Assembly: GCA_012295275.1 (NCBI GenBank)
Contig: CM022665.1
Coordinates: 38,316,001-38,380,000 of the forward strand
Direction: 5' to 3'
Source of the DNA: Chrysomallon squamiferum
Taxonomy: Eukaryota > Animalia > Mollusca
DNA: 64,000 nucleotides
A model generated the notes under the pieces. That model saw only the letters and a program-made list of their open reading frames with translations. It had not been told where the DNA came from and did not search any database. Positions 1-13,700 of this stretch are shown here, in pieces. Numbering within the stretch: the stretch's first letter is position 1; each line of letters begins with the position of its first letter. Both the position numbers and the translations under genes were made by a program.

Positions 1-980
1 GCAGTAGTAATTAATTCAGTTATTACAGTTATTATATTAAAATGTTTAGAGACTGCATGGCCTATTTTAGTAACTGTGTACACATGTAAAGATGATGAAA
101 AAAAAAAAGAAAGGAGAAAGAAAAGGGTTATATTTATATAAAACGGTGATATCTATAATTAAATATTTATCCCAATTAAGAGCACACATGTAAACATCTT
201 TTATCATTTGTCATCCACAGCTCTGCAACTTTACATTCATTTAATTATGGACATATGGATTTACAGGAAATGACTGTCAGCTGCAACTGAACTTGGTTGA
301 CTTTCCAAACTTAAAACAGCTGTGTGCAAGCTGGCTGGTATATAAATCAACGCCATAATCTAACAGTAACATTGTTGTCTGGTCTTTATGGTCACTATTA
401 ACCTGTCATTTATTTTATATGTCCACAATTCAAAAAGAACTGGAAACTTCAATATAGTAAAGCATTTCCATTATAAACAGGCTGTGGAAAATGACTGTCA
501 TGCAACTGAATATCTATCTATTTTTTTTTTTTTTTTGGCTGCTGTTGTTTCTTTTCTCTTTAAAAAATAAAAAAAATATTTCTTAAAATATAAATAAAAT
601 TATCAACAAATACCTAAAAATGATAAAGTGGGAAAAATAAAAAAAGAAGAAAAAAGAATCTAAGGTGCAATATCCAAAGATTTAACAGATTTGTTTTCTA
701 CTTCTGTGTATGCAGTGATATCACAAAATATGCAAAATTATCAAACTTTATTTTTAGGTATCTATTAATGAATAAAATAAAAAAATGTTTAGCTTTTCCA
801 AAATGAATCTGGGCATTTTTATGTTTCACTCAACTTTAAATCTTTTTATTACTATCTGTTGACTGAGGTTTAATCATGATCAGTAACTGTAGCAATATGA
901 TTACCTACCATTTCTGTAATAAATACATAACAATAATGATTGTAATAAATTAAAAAAGCTTCAGACATATGAAAACTTAC

Positions 981-1546
981 ATCTGCAAACAGATATCGAA
1001 GAAAGAAATCCAGGAGAAATGATTTTCCTTTTCGGAAAGCTCCTGCTACTGACACAACCACCACTTTCTTATCCTGGATGGCTGGGTGGTGCAAAACAAG
1101 TTCTAGCTGTTCTTCATCCAGCTCAAATGTGTGGTCATCTTTGGCCAGCACTATCTGCACTGGATGACCCTTCAGAGGAACCCCAGCAGCAGAAACTGCA
1201 AATAAAAATATGAGTTAATTTACTTATTCTTGTATTGACTGTATTATTTATATTTAAATATTTGTTACATTGTAACATTAAAAATAGACATTACTTTACA
1301 CATTTATGAAAATTTGTTGAACATTAGATATTTATGAGTTATTGTGACTCCCTAATAATAGGGGGAGGGAAAGAAAAAATGTTATGTATTAAATTATGAA
1401 AGATTAATGACAATAATAGGAAATTCATCTCTTTTTTTTTTTTTTTTTTTTTTTAATAATTATTATTATTATTTGTGTATTATACACTAAATTATTGATA
1501 CAAAACAATTATCTGTATAAAATCGATAAGTATCACCACCAACACA

Positions 1547-1607
<61 letters not shown>

Positions 1608-3767
1608 GCCATTTGAAAGGATACACAAAACTGGGTAACACAAGCACAATAAAACCAAAAAAATTACAAAACTGTAGTTATCTAAATGACGGGTAGCAAA
1701 ATCAGTTATCTTTAGTTCATCTTTTTTTTGGGTATTTCCTGTCCTAGTTCCATAAAAGAAGTTACCAGAAACGTAGTATGTACTTTCTTATTTATAATAT
1801 ACTGAAGAAAAAAACAACAACAAAAAAAAAAACAATTCTTGCTGCTAATGGAGATTTATTCTGATATAACCAAATAATTGAGATCAAATAATGGAGTATA
1901 GAAAATTTGTTTATGGTGCCTTTAGACACATTAAATGTACTTTGCTTTATCTAAATTAATATTCAGTTATTTTAAAATAATTGAATTACTCTTATTATTA
2001 ATACAGAAGCCTGCATGAATGCGACACCTAATGCACAGAAATATGATTCTTATATATCTACCACTATATCAGATTAAACAGTAACATAATAATGAATAAA
2101 TTATAAATACATTTTAAATAACAACAACAACAACAACAACAACAAAAAATAGCCTGAATGAAAATGTTTCCCCGATTTCAAATGTCCAACTAAAAACAAA
2201 ATTCTGAAGTCTGATTTCCCAAGGCGAAAAAACAAAATCCATCTATGTTGTTCAAAAGACATATTCAGCTATATGCATTCAATTTCAAGCATGCTTTTTA
2301 AACTGTTTTATCTGATTTCCTACTTACCCTCAATGTTGCTAGCTTGCATGATGAAATGACACTTATGAAAAGTTATCTGTATATATATATGTGTGTCAAC
2401 ATCAGGTTAACAAAACCTTGATATGGCGGGAGTTGGACTAACTAAACTTACAAACACAAATCAATATGGCAACAGCTACCAATAAAATTGAAGAATGTTT
2501 TTAAAAATAAAATGAAATAACAATATTTTTGCCAACTAACATAATTAACCAATCGAAAAATGAATGTTTAAACAAGGCATTAATAATAATTAAAAAAAAA
2601 AAAAAATTAAAAAAAAAAATTAACATATTTCAGAATAAAATAAACCAAAAGAACAAAGAGAATGAATACTAATTTCTGTAAGTGAATATTAGTTTACAAT
2701 TATGCATATTTGTTTTAATTAACAAACTCTGTTAAAATATTGTTATTATTATTATTATTGTTATTTTTTTATATATTATCTTGTCTTTCAATAGTTTAGT
2801 TATTCTTTAAAGTATTTAATACATTTTACTGGGATCATATTATTAACTGAAATTTGTTGAATTATAAATGTAAAATATATCACCTAATAATTAATATTAT
2901 ATTATTTCTACATATCATTTATTAATATTGTTCTATCATGTTTCTTGTAAACTGTCAAGTTTTTTTTGTTGTTAACTATCAATTCTAATTTGATTTGGAA
3001 TAACAATAACAACAAGAATCACAATTATTAATAAACAATTATTAACTGCAATTTAGCCATTTTAAAATTTAAAAAAAAAGAAACTGTAAATGACAATAAA
3101 TATATATTAAAAAAAAAAAAAAAAAAAACAACGCACACACACACACATAAATAATTTAATAGATAAAAAAATTAATGAAACAAACAAGAAAAGAAGCCCA
3201 AGAAACCACTGCTTGAAAGCAATTCAGCATTTCCAGTTGCTGTAATAAAAATTGAAGATAATTATTGCAATAATTCAGTGTAAAAAGAAACCCTGCCAAA
3301 TATATATGTTTAAATTACAATTTAAAAAAAAAAAAAAAATGAAAGATAAATAAGATAACCATAGTATTAATGATGGTGGTAATATCAAAAAATGTAGACT
3401 TGTTTCTTACAACATAAATAAACAAACAAATAAATAATCTGTTCTCAATTTCTTTACAAATCAAATTCAAATGCATTACTTTTTTGTCCCCCCCCAAATT
3501 AAACACATTTATATAAAAAAAGAAAAGAAAAAAAAATGTATTTTTATAAAGTAGAAGAAATGTATTTGTTCCTTTGACTGTTGTACTGTGTAACAGAATA
3601 TGTGAAACAACTTGCCCATCCTTGTTAAGATAAGATCAGTTAACCAGATGTCAACACATAATGTGCCACTTTATACTTTAATTGTCTGATAATTGTTCTG
3701 TTTTAGACCTGACACTGACATATTTTCAGTTCAGTGAAATTCTTTTTAAACTAAATATATGTATGTA

Positions 3768-3802
<35 letters not shown>

Positions 3803-6366
3803 GTATAAAATGAATGAATAAATAATTAAATAAATGTGTTTAGCCTTACTGAGGTTTTACATTTCAATACACTACTGTCAGAAACCATGATTGTTTTACT
3901 TAACATTTTGAATTCTGCTTTAAAGTTGTACTGAATAGCAACTTGAAAAAGACCATTATTAGGTTACATAAGTATAAAGACTGGCAATCATAAGACACTA
4001 AATAATGACAATTACAAGATAAAAAGACATTCATAAACTGCATGTACATGTGTTTTCCAATACAACTTTACTTGCTGTTTTGTACATTTATTGACAGCTC
4101 GCTATCCCATGCAAAAGTGCCTTCACTGATCATTTCCATTCTTTAGAATCACAGTAGCAATTTATGCAGATGTCACACTTTTTGAGAAAGCAACATTATT
4201 AGATTTATTTTACCGGTTTTCCAATTATTTTGGTCTATTTTGTGCAGTAACATTTACAGTCGATTCCTATAAAAAGTAATTTTAAAACATATGCTTATAT
4301 ATATTTAGAATACAATACCATACATGTTTTATTAAATGTTTTTTTTTGTTTTTTTTTTGGTAAATAACATCTGTATTCTAATTGTGTCAAAAATGGGATT
4401 GTGGAAGAATTCTGATTTAGGAATTTATAGTCTTGTTCAAAAAAGTTTCACTATATATTACCACCAGTGAAAGGTCATTTCACATCTAAATTCCATTGCA
4501 TATTTTTAGTTCAGCTTTGACAGATGAATATCTGTTCAGTTCAGAATTAACAAAACTGCACATTGAATCTAATTAAAAACAATATGATTATAAAAACTAA
4601 TTATAATGTATTTTTATTATCATCATATTAGCAGCAGTAGTAATATTATGGTCAGTTGTAATGTATTTAAACTGAACAGCAGCAATAACAAAAATTAATA
4701 ATGAACCCAAAACTAAAGAACAAAAAAGAACAATACTAACAAGCATGTGTATGTATATATATATATATAAAACACATGCAAACAAAACATATTCATAGCA
4801 AGCAATATGTGGCATATTTTTTGCGAGCATGGATGTATCATATATTCTTCCCAAATTTAAAAATAAAAATAAAAGCCATTACTCAGAATTGTGTACACAT
4901 CTGTGTCATCATAACCTCAGAGAGATTACATTTCCTGCTATAATTAACACTCAAACCCAGGTTCTAGAGGTGTGGTAAATGGCTAAAATTTGGCTCTGTA
5001 CGATATTTTACAAACTGTATTAGAACATGGTTATGAAGAAATGGGAGAAGGAGATTAAGGCATAAATAATATAAACTTTAATTTTAAACAACAATATGTA
5101 ACATTTAAAAAAAAAATAATAATAAAAAAATAAAATAAAAATAAATTACAGTAAATAAATAAAAAATTAAAAATAAATAAATAAATAAATTATAATAAAC
5201 AAAACACCATATAACACTAATAAAAATTAAAAACTATAAACAACAACGAATGAGATTTTTAAAATTATAGATCAGCTTACCAATATCAGGACGGTTAGCA
5301 TTTTCACTGGTGTCCAAGTTTAGATTCTCCATACTGTTAGTTTATCAGATATATTTGATCACACAAGTATAATATTTCGATCATATAATTTTCCTTGACA
5401 TTCATGAAAACACGCAGATCAAGACACCTGCAATTGTCATAAAGCGGAATTTTATATCTGTAATTTTCATTATTTCTTGTCCTCATTATTGATGATACTA
5501 AATTTGATTACTTAAGAAATGCTGTAAACAACTTGATATTCACTTAAATGGGAATATTCTATTATTACTTTTTTTCTAAAGAATGAAAATTCTCAGAAAC
5601 AGAAATTACTTGCAAACCCCTTTTGACCAAATTAAAAAGGAGAGAAAAAAGTTTTTAGTAAAATCTTTTTGTTTTAGAAGATAATTCATGTATTATATAT
5701 ATAGTTTTTTTTCGCAATATTAAATTGTTTACAGTAATCCGAAGTCCAAATAGTGACATATAGTTAATATAACACAATTAGATCGCCACTTAATGAAAGT
5801 ATAATTATCTGAAACATATTACAAACCATATATACAATTTAGAATATTCTGGACACCATCTAAAAGTATTAATTTAATAAATAAAAATAAATAAATAATT
5901 AAAATTTTTTTTTTTAAATGTACACAGTATTAAAATAAATGGGAACATTTTAATGTGCATAGTACCAAACTGTTAAGCTAAAATATTAATATATTCTCTC
6001 TTCTTGTACATAAACAGAAAAATATATACATATTTTTCTGTAAATATATAGGAGGTTAATCCAAACTTTTTGAGAATTTATTTTTTCATCAAACATTTAT
6101 TTTTGTTTAAAATCAGTGTACATGTATATATATAAATCTAATGTTTATTAATGAAGTATATAACATCTTTTAAAACTAGAAGAAACCAAACTGAAAGATA
6201 CATTCACACTTTTTATAGCATAGACTGATAGAGCTAAACTATTCAAATTGATAAGCTATGCTCTAAAGCTAAATAGTAAATAAAACAAGTTTGAACTCCT
6301 AGAGCATGTATGACATACAATGAACCTACGAAACTGCATGCCCTATGCACCTTCTCAAAAAAATAA

Positions 6367-6398
<32 letters not shown>

Positions 6399-7831
6399 TA
6401 GAAAGAAAGAAAAAATTAAAACTCACAAAGAATATATATATAATTTATGCAATGTACTTTATTATCTGTTATTTTTGGGAAAATGTAGATATGATTTTAT
6501 TTGTAGAAAATCCTGATGTATACTTAAGTAATGGCTTTGCTCTTTTTTCTTCGCCCACAAATAAAACAATTTTTAGACAGTACTTTATATATTTAATGAA
6601 CACATCATTTCTTTTTTCTTTCTTTTAATATAAATATACACACTTGACACATGCACACAATTTGTTCTATATTAGTATATATATATATATATATATATAT
6701 ATACAAAATCTATATTTATGATTGCTACATCAAATAATCTATCACTGAGTGTCATAATAAACACACAATAATGTTCAAGTTGCAAGACTAGTCGACTACA
6801 TTATTGCTCGTACTCATCCTAGACATATTAAACTTTGTACCATGTTTATCTAATATGAATGAATGTGTGTGATATACTGGTCCATTGCCTAGAAAGTATA
6901 ATAGATATAATCCACTGTGCTGATCAACAAAAAACAGAATAAAAAAACCTACACCTACCTTATATATCAAAATATATCACATACTAAAAAAGACTATTAT
7001 TTTATTTCTACTACCTTAGCAGCATTGTATTTTTCATTCTTTTGTGGTGGCTTTGAGTTTGAATTTATTTTATTATCATCATCATCATTTTCTTTATTAA
7101 ATGACAATGTAAAACAAATGTAAAAAATTAAATTAAAAAAATTATATATAAAACATATATGTATTACTGAATCTATTGACCATACTTAATTAAAAGGCAA
7201 ATCTGTTTGGTCTTTTTAAAAACAAACCGAAAACATTAAAATTGTCTACATTTAAAATTAACACAATTTAAATTTACTTACAATGCTAATGTTTTCAAAA
7301 ACTGTAATTAATCATTTAATGATCAAGACTATCAGACTTAAAACATTATATAAAGTAGTATATTCCTGAAAATGCTAAATTCAAGAATCATTTCATTGTT
7401 TTTACGAAGAAAAGGTAAGTCACCTTCTTTTTAACCAATACTAGAGACAATAATAATACTAATAATAATAACGGAATAAATATCAACAGAAAAGTCACAG
7501 AAGAATCAAGTTTATAATTTATAATTTGAACCATTACTGTAATCAAAACTTGAAAACATTTCACACCAAAAATTACGCGAATTTTATAATATTAATGATT
7601 AACAGTAATAACATAATAACAGTAACTCTAACTGCATTTGTTTTATGTTTAGTGGTATTATCTCAGAGATTACTTGTTAATTAATATTACAGGGAACGGT
7701 ATCATAGTACAATCTGTGAGTTTGCAACCCTGCTTCCAGTACTCAAACAAATAAACTAGACAAACAAAAAAACCAACTTTACCTGGTGGAGATTCGTTTG
7801 CGTACATTCTCTTCGCAGACCTCTCCGCCAT
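981..7831 (-). CDS. ATL: Atlastin (ER fusion GTPase), 5' part; gene continues beyond the left edge. Exons 7831-7783 and 1195-981
   Basis: Exon 1195-981 encodes [60 protein letters not shown], the atlastin N-terminus with P-loop GAFRKGKS. It has a tttgcag acceptor and gtaagt donor. Exon 7831-7783 ([17 protein letters not shown]|gtaaag) ends in phase 1, matching the acceptor. Confidence 0.93.
2328..2349 (-). CDS. Candidate alternative first coding exon of atlastin (MQASNIE)
   Basis: ATG at 2349, 22 nt, strong donor G|gtaagt in phase 1, in frame with exon 1195-981. Confidence 0.5.
5281..5332 (-). CDS. Candidate alternative first coding exon of atlastin ([17 protein letters not shown])
   Basis: ATG at 5332, 52 nt open, ends G|gtaagc in phase 1, in frame with exon 1195-981. 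Confidence 0.6.
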
Positions 7832-7834
7832 TTG

Positions 7835-8155
7835 AACGTGACGTAAATTTTATACGTTTTTCGTGACGTCACCCAAAAGTGCTCAGTATTTCGTTCTCTA
7901 TAGTACTCGCTACACAGCAGTTACAATTGTGAGCGTTATTGTCAACTAGTTCAAATATAATTAATATTCTTTAATACTGTATATAAACTTTAGTTTAGTT
8001 AGCCGTTCTTGTCGTGTTATAGCTGCTTTTAAAGCTTTTTAACAGTAAATTACGTTAATTTTACACTTTTGTTTCACAAGACCTGACGATAATTACAGTG
8101 GCCACTTTAATTACGTGTCTCATGTCTCTGACTGTTGTTAAGTTTAAAATAAGTA
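7835..8155. promoter_or_regulatory. CpG-rich, probably bidirectional promoter (atlastin / ZNF541-TRERF1-like) with CRE sites
   Basis: Palindrome GTGACGTCAC at 7863-7872 (CRE TGACGTCA) and TGACGTAA at 7839-7846 lie just upstream of the atlastin ATG. Local CpG enrichment. Plus-strand donors at 8153 (gtaagt) and 9408 (cag|gtacga) suggest non-coding 5' exons of the divergent gene. Confidence 0.55.
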
Positions 8156-8424
8156 AGTATAATTTTAATTTCAAAGTTAATAAAACAGATTTTATTCAAA
8201 ATATTAAAGATAGATTAATGTGGTATTGTGGAATATTATAGTATTATTTCATCCATTGAATATTTTTTTGCATTTGTAGAAATGTGTGGACTGAAACGCC
8301 AAACTACTGTATCTGGATAATTGATGGTGTGTGTTTGTGCGTGTGTGTGTTTTTGCATACCTGAATAAATGTATGTATATAATTAAATGAATGAATGTGT
8401 GAATGTGTATGCATGTGAATGTAT

Positions 8425-8498
<74 letters not shown>

Positions 8499-8659
8499 TA
8501 TGCGTGAGCAATTAATGGGAATAGAAGAAATAAAAAACACTAAATATTAAACTTACGTCGACAATTTAACCTTGATTGTTTTTTTTTTTAGTAATTACAT
8601 GTGTCAGTTGTAAAATATGGGATAGTATAAGCTATACTTTATAAAGAATTCGCATTCAG

Positions 8660-8705
<46 letters not shown>

Positions 8706-10623
8706 TTAACACCAATAATACTATAATAAGATGATGATGATATTAAATAAAGTAATAAATAAATATTAAAACAACTAAATAAACTAATCATCATGATGAT
8801 AATGATTATAATAATTATTATAATAGCAGTAGTAGAAAAAAATCAGTTGTTGTAGTAGCAGAGCTATTTATTAATTATTTATTTTAAAATGCATTATTAT
8901 TTTTTGTTTGATTTTGTTATTTATTTGTAACATAATTAAGATAATAATTATATATAGGTAAAATCGAAAATAATTTACGAAACTGTTAGAATATATAAAT
9001 TTCAACTGCAAATGTTATGGTATTTGAGCGGCACTAAATCGGTCAAAGCACAGATTAAAACATTATTTAGTTTAGTTGTTTCATCATAGTAAAGCTATTG
9101 GCGGTTTAGATATTATTTTGTTGTTCTTTACGTCATGCACTACTTTTAGAACCGAGTTTCCATCCGGATGGTGGAAAAAAATATATATTATTGGGCCAAA
9201 AACTACCTTGGCTACTTTACGATAGAACATAATATTTGTATTGTAATAATCAATGGAAAAATGAAGTAACAATCGCAATCAGTATTTTGTACAAATAATT
9301 GATTTTAAATTTGCATTTACTGTGAAATACGTGAATTAACAAGGAACTATATAAGGAAGTTGCACGCATTTAAGCGTAATTTAGCCTTGACAAATTAATG
9401 GCTACAGGTACGATTAGCTTGAAATGTTCAGTATTTCCTCTTTGCCTGCTTTCTATTTTTATTTTTATTTGCGTGTTTTGTAGATTTCTCCACTAGATTT
9501 TATCTTTGTCTGTAGATTAACTTAATATTCTTTACGGATGCAACTGTTGTTGTTGCACATTGCGCACAATTTTCGTCATACCCCTATACTTTTTTTTTTT
9601 TTTTTTTTATCCCTTTACAGCTTTTTGTGTATTTCATTTCATATTTAATATTTCCGTTTAACGCATCTATCTTCATTTATTAGGATTACAGTTATAGAAA
9701 CAGTAACATATAATATAGTCATGACAATAACGATCGGAACTACTTTCGAATATTTGCAGTAAACTTTAGAGCACTTGTCACGTACAATGTTGACTATTAA
9801 AAAATTAATAATAATAAAAAATAAGTCATAATGATAATGGATCTAACATGCAGAAACGAAAAAACAAAAGGAAACAATAAAACAAACATTACTAAATCAT
9901 ATAAAAGAGAAGCAATTTAGTAGTTTTTGTCTTTCATTGCAATAAGAAAGTTTGGTAATTAACAACACAGTTTTTGACATTTATTATTTTTGGAAATTAT
10001 TGATTTTTAATAAAGAAAAGATTTTGATCTATTTATAAAAGAAAACTGAAAAGCATACTTACTGGTATATTGCTAAAGTATGATAAAAAAATGCTTTTGT
10101 AAAAAATTTTGCATCTTTAAATATATTAATGGAATTTATTCATATACTTGGTAACAACAAAAAGTTTTTTGTTACTAAACAAAGCCTTCTTGTTTACAGT
10201 TTCATGATTTTTATCATGAAATTATAAACAATAAGGTTTCTTTAATAAGAAAAATACTTTTTGTTGTTACCAAGATAATTCTTTAAATATCGGTAAGCTA
10301 TGACTTGTGTAGTACAAAATTAATTGCGTGACTTAACAGAATGTGTAGGTTTGGTATATAAACAATTAAAACTATTAGAAATAAAATAATATTACTGCTT
10401 TATTGCATGTATTATATATAAATTAAGAAAACAAAAAACCCAAACAAAATCATAATAATTTTTTTCCAATTAATATTCTGTTATTAAATTTCCATGTACA
10501 TGATACGATGTTAACTGTATAATATTTTGAAATCATTATTTATTATTTTATTTCTTTCTTTTTCAGAAAGTACTGTCAAAATGTAACCAGTTCTCACAGT
10601 AAAACTTTAAATAACATTTCATT

Positions 10624-10728
10624 ATGCATAATATGCATAAGAGGCTCAGTGTTAATTTAGCTTTTTATGTTATGAATCAGTTTACTATGGATGCATTTTG
10701 GGTACATGACAATGTATTGGGAAGATAA
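10624..10728 (+). promoter_or_regulatory. 34-codon upstream ORF in the 5' leader of the ZNF541/TRERF1-like gene, same frame as the main CDS
   Basis: ATG 10624 to TAA 10726-10728 (MHNMHKRLSVNLAFYVMNQFTMDAFWVHDNVLGR). It lies downstream of the acceptor ttttcag at 10566 and ends 36 nt before the main ATG at 10765. Confidence 0.4.
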
Positions 10729-10764
10729 GTCAGAAACAACAGGAATGTGTTTGTTTGTTGGGAA

Positions 10765-13700
10765 ATGGAAACAGATCAGAAAGGGGCAGATAACTCTGAT
10801 TCGGGAATGTTTTCGGCCAGTAGCAGCATGGATGCTTCAGATGTACAGACACCAGTTGTCCAGGGAGATTTACCAGCTTGCCATACTTTCATGGATCCCA
10901 ATATATCTCTTTCTTATGTGTTTCCCACAATTCCTGTCACTTTTGGCACCACACTACCGTTTTTGGGTGCAGATGGTTTGAAAGTATCCTATGTTAAGGA
11001 AGACAAAGATCAGAGCCAAGAAAATCAAGTTTTTGCTCAAGATTTAATTTCTTCATTAAATAAAATGGCAGATTCACACTTTCAGCAGTCGCTTGAAGGT
11101 GGAAAAACTGACCTCAAATCCAGTATGGATAGATCAGACTTAAATATTGCTTCACAGTTAAGTGAAGAAAAAGGAATGTCACCATTAAATATTTCAGTTG
11201 TGTCATATCCGGATTCTAGTGGTGGCCAGCAGAGTCCGGCATTGTCATCTCAAACTGGTGCTCCATCACTGCCATTTCCTGCCACTGACATAACTAGTGA
11301 CGCTATGTTGAGTGCAATTAATTACAATGACAGTGAAATGCTGCATGATGGAACATTTGATATGAATAGTGCTAATTCTGCTGGCAATTTGCCCCATTTG
11401 GATGATGGTCTTTTATCCAACATGGGCAATCCTGCTCAAAACATTAGACTGACAGAGGGTCAGGGTGCACACACATTTGACTTGTTTGACAGTCATGTTC
11501 ATGATCCATTGTCATTGTCGCCACAGCCATTTTCTGATGCAGGGTTTACTGTAGGAGATAGTGCAAGCTTGAGTGCCACAAGTACAGAATCTGGTTGTAA
11601 GTATTCTTGAAATACATTTTTTTCTTTCTTTCACATCATATAATTGTATGTTTCATTGTGACATTTTGTGCTTTGTTTCTACACTGTGTGAATTGTCCAT
11701 TTTATTTTTATAGAATGATGCCACGTTAAGCATCAGTATGTTAATTTATATAGGTAATATTTTCTTTCCTACTTCAGACAATAAATGTTATTCTACACCA
11801 TGATTTTATTAACTGGCTAAGTATTAATATGATAAAAATTTATGAAGAAACTTTCCAGGGTCATATTCCCTGAGATAAGGAAGCAAAATGACATTGTGAA
11901 CTGGAAAAGATTACAGAAATTGGTGATGTCAGTGAAAACATGTAACTGGATATTCCATAGATAATTTTTATGCAAGTCCTAATGTTATAAACTGAAAAAT
12001 ATTATATATGAATATAAATCTTATTAATAATTGTGTAGCCATTTTCATGGTTTTCATTTCTGCATTTCGCACTTAGGCTGTTATGTGTAAGATTCTGTTA
12101 TTTTTCAGTGATATTTCAAAAAATACATCTAGATTCTATTTTATGACAACATTTTAACTATGGGTATTCTGTTACAGACAAATTGTAAAAAATAAAACAA
12201 TAAAATATTTGCTATAAATGAGATAATATCAACAAATTGCCATGATTAAGAATCATTCATACTAGAAAATAAATTGTTCTGATTTATTTCTCAAAAAAAA
12301 AAAAAAAAAAAAAAAAAAGAACAAAAAATCACATGTTGCTGATAATAATTATTTTAAATACTAATAACAAAAGAAAACTAGCACAAGCAGAAAGAAAAAT
12401 TGCATCAGACAGCATCTGTATCACATTTATTAATACTTCTTACTAAGAATAGAATCTTGTTATGACTGGTTGATTATAAATGTAGTCTTGAGGACAGATT
12501 GGTCACTGGATTAAAACTTTTCAGTGAATACAGTGGACTAAATTCCAGTTCCACCCTGTATATCGTAACTAGATAACCAAATTCAAACATCATAGTACAT
12601 GCTATTTAAAAAAAAAAATGTTTTATTTTTTCATTTTTTTTAGTCTATGGAAAGATGCATAGAAAAGATTCCTGCTGCTAATTGTTAAGAGTAGCCCACG
12701 GAGTGGTAGCAGCTGGTTTCCTTTTTCATGTTAGGAGACAATAATATATATGACTAACACTCAGTATTTCATTAATTTTGCTACTGTTTCAAGCAAATCA
12801 TTAAATATGTTTTAAATTCAATTTTCAGAAAGTCTGTATCAATGAATTAAGGTAAAAAAAACTCACCAAAAAACCCCCACAAAAATCCCCACAAAAATGT
12901 AGAAAAGGAATAAACAAATATATTTCTTTATAAAATGAGCAGACCATAACATGCTTGGAACATGTCATTTCCATTTTGTTCAGTTAATGAATCAAAAAAT
13001 GTTTTGTTAAGTTTCAAACAAGATCCTGCTACTGACTGATTATACTAAAATTGATAAAGATAAAATTAATTTATATTTTCAAAGACAGATTTTTACAAAA
13101 CCCTTTAGTTTCTTGGAACTTTGGGTGAAAAATTCATAATCTGATCTCTGAACTATTTGAAGTACTAGTTAGTGTTCATTGATGGTATTAATAACTCTTA
13201 CTTTGGAGACAGTGCTAGTAAACATTTTATAGTTGCATTTAATTTATTTTATTACTATTATCAGAATACATGTTTATGATTTCCAGTAAATAATTGAGTA
13301 TTACATACACTTTATTTATATAGGTCATGGATCCATTATCTGAAATTCTGAAATCCAAAAAGCTCTGAAATCTGAAACTTTTTCCAAGCAACAGAAACAG
13401 TGATATCTTATAGTTTTCATATTGTTTTGCATTTACTAAAATATTATATAAAAAACCCAGTTGACTACTTGTATAATAAGCTGTATTTGAAATATAACTG
13501 GAATTTGTATTTAGACTTGGATTTTATACTCAGGTTATTACCTTAAATTCCAAAATTAGAAATACTGCCATTCCCAAACATTTTAGATAAAGGATTCTCA
13601 ACCTGTAATATGTTAGTTTGTATTATTGGGATCTCTTAGATCTCAGGTTTTGGGTCCTGATGTAATAACTGATAATGAGATGTGCCATATTGCATTCATT

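Noticed and set aside
4880-4920. Another atlastin first exon (MTQMCTQF)
   Set aside because: In-frame TGA precedes the putative donor.
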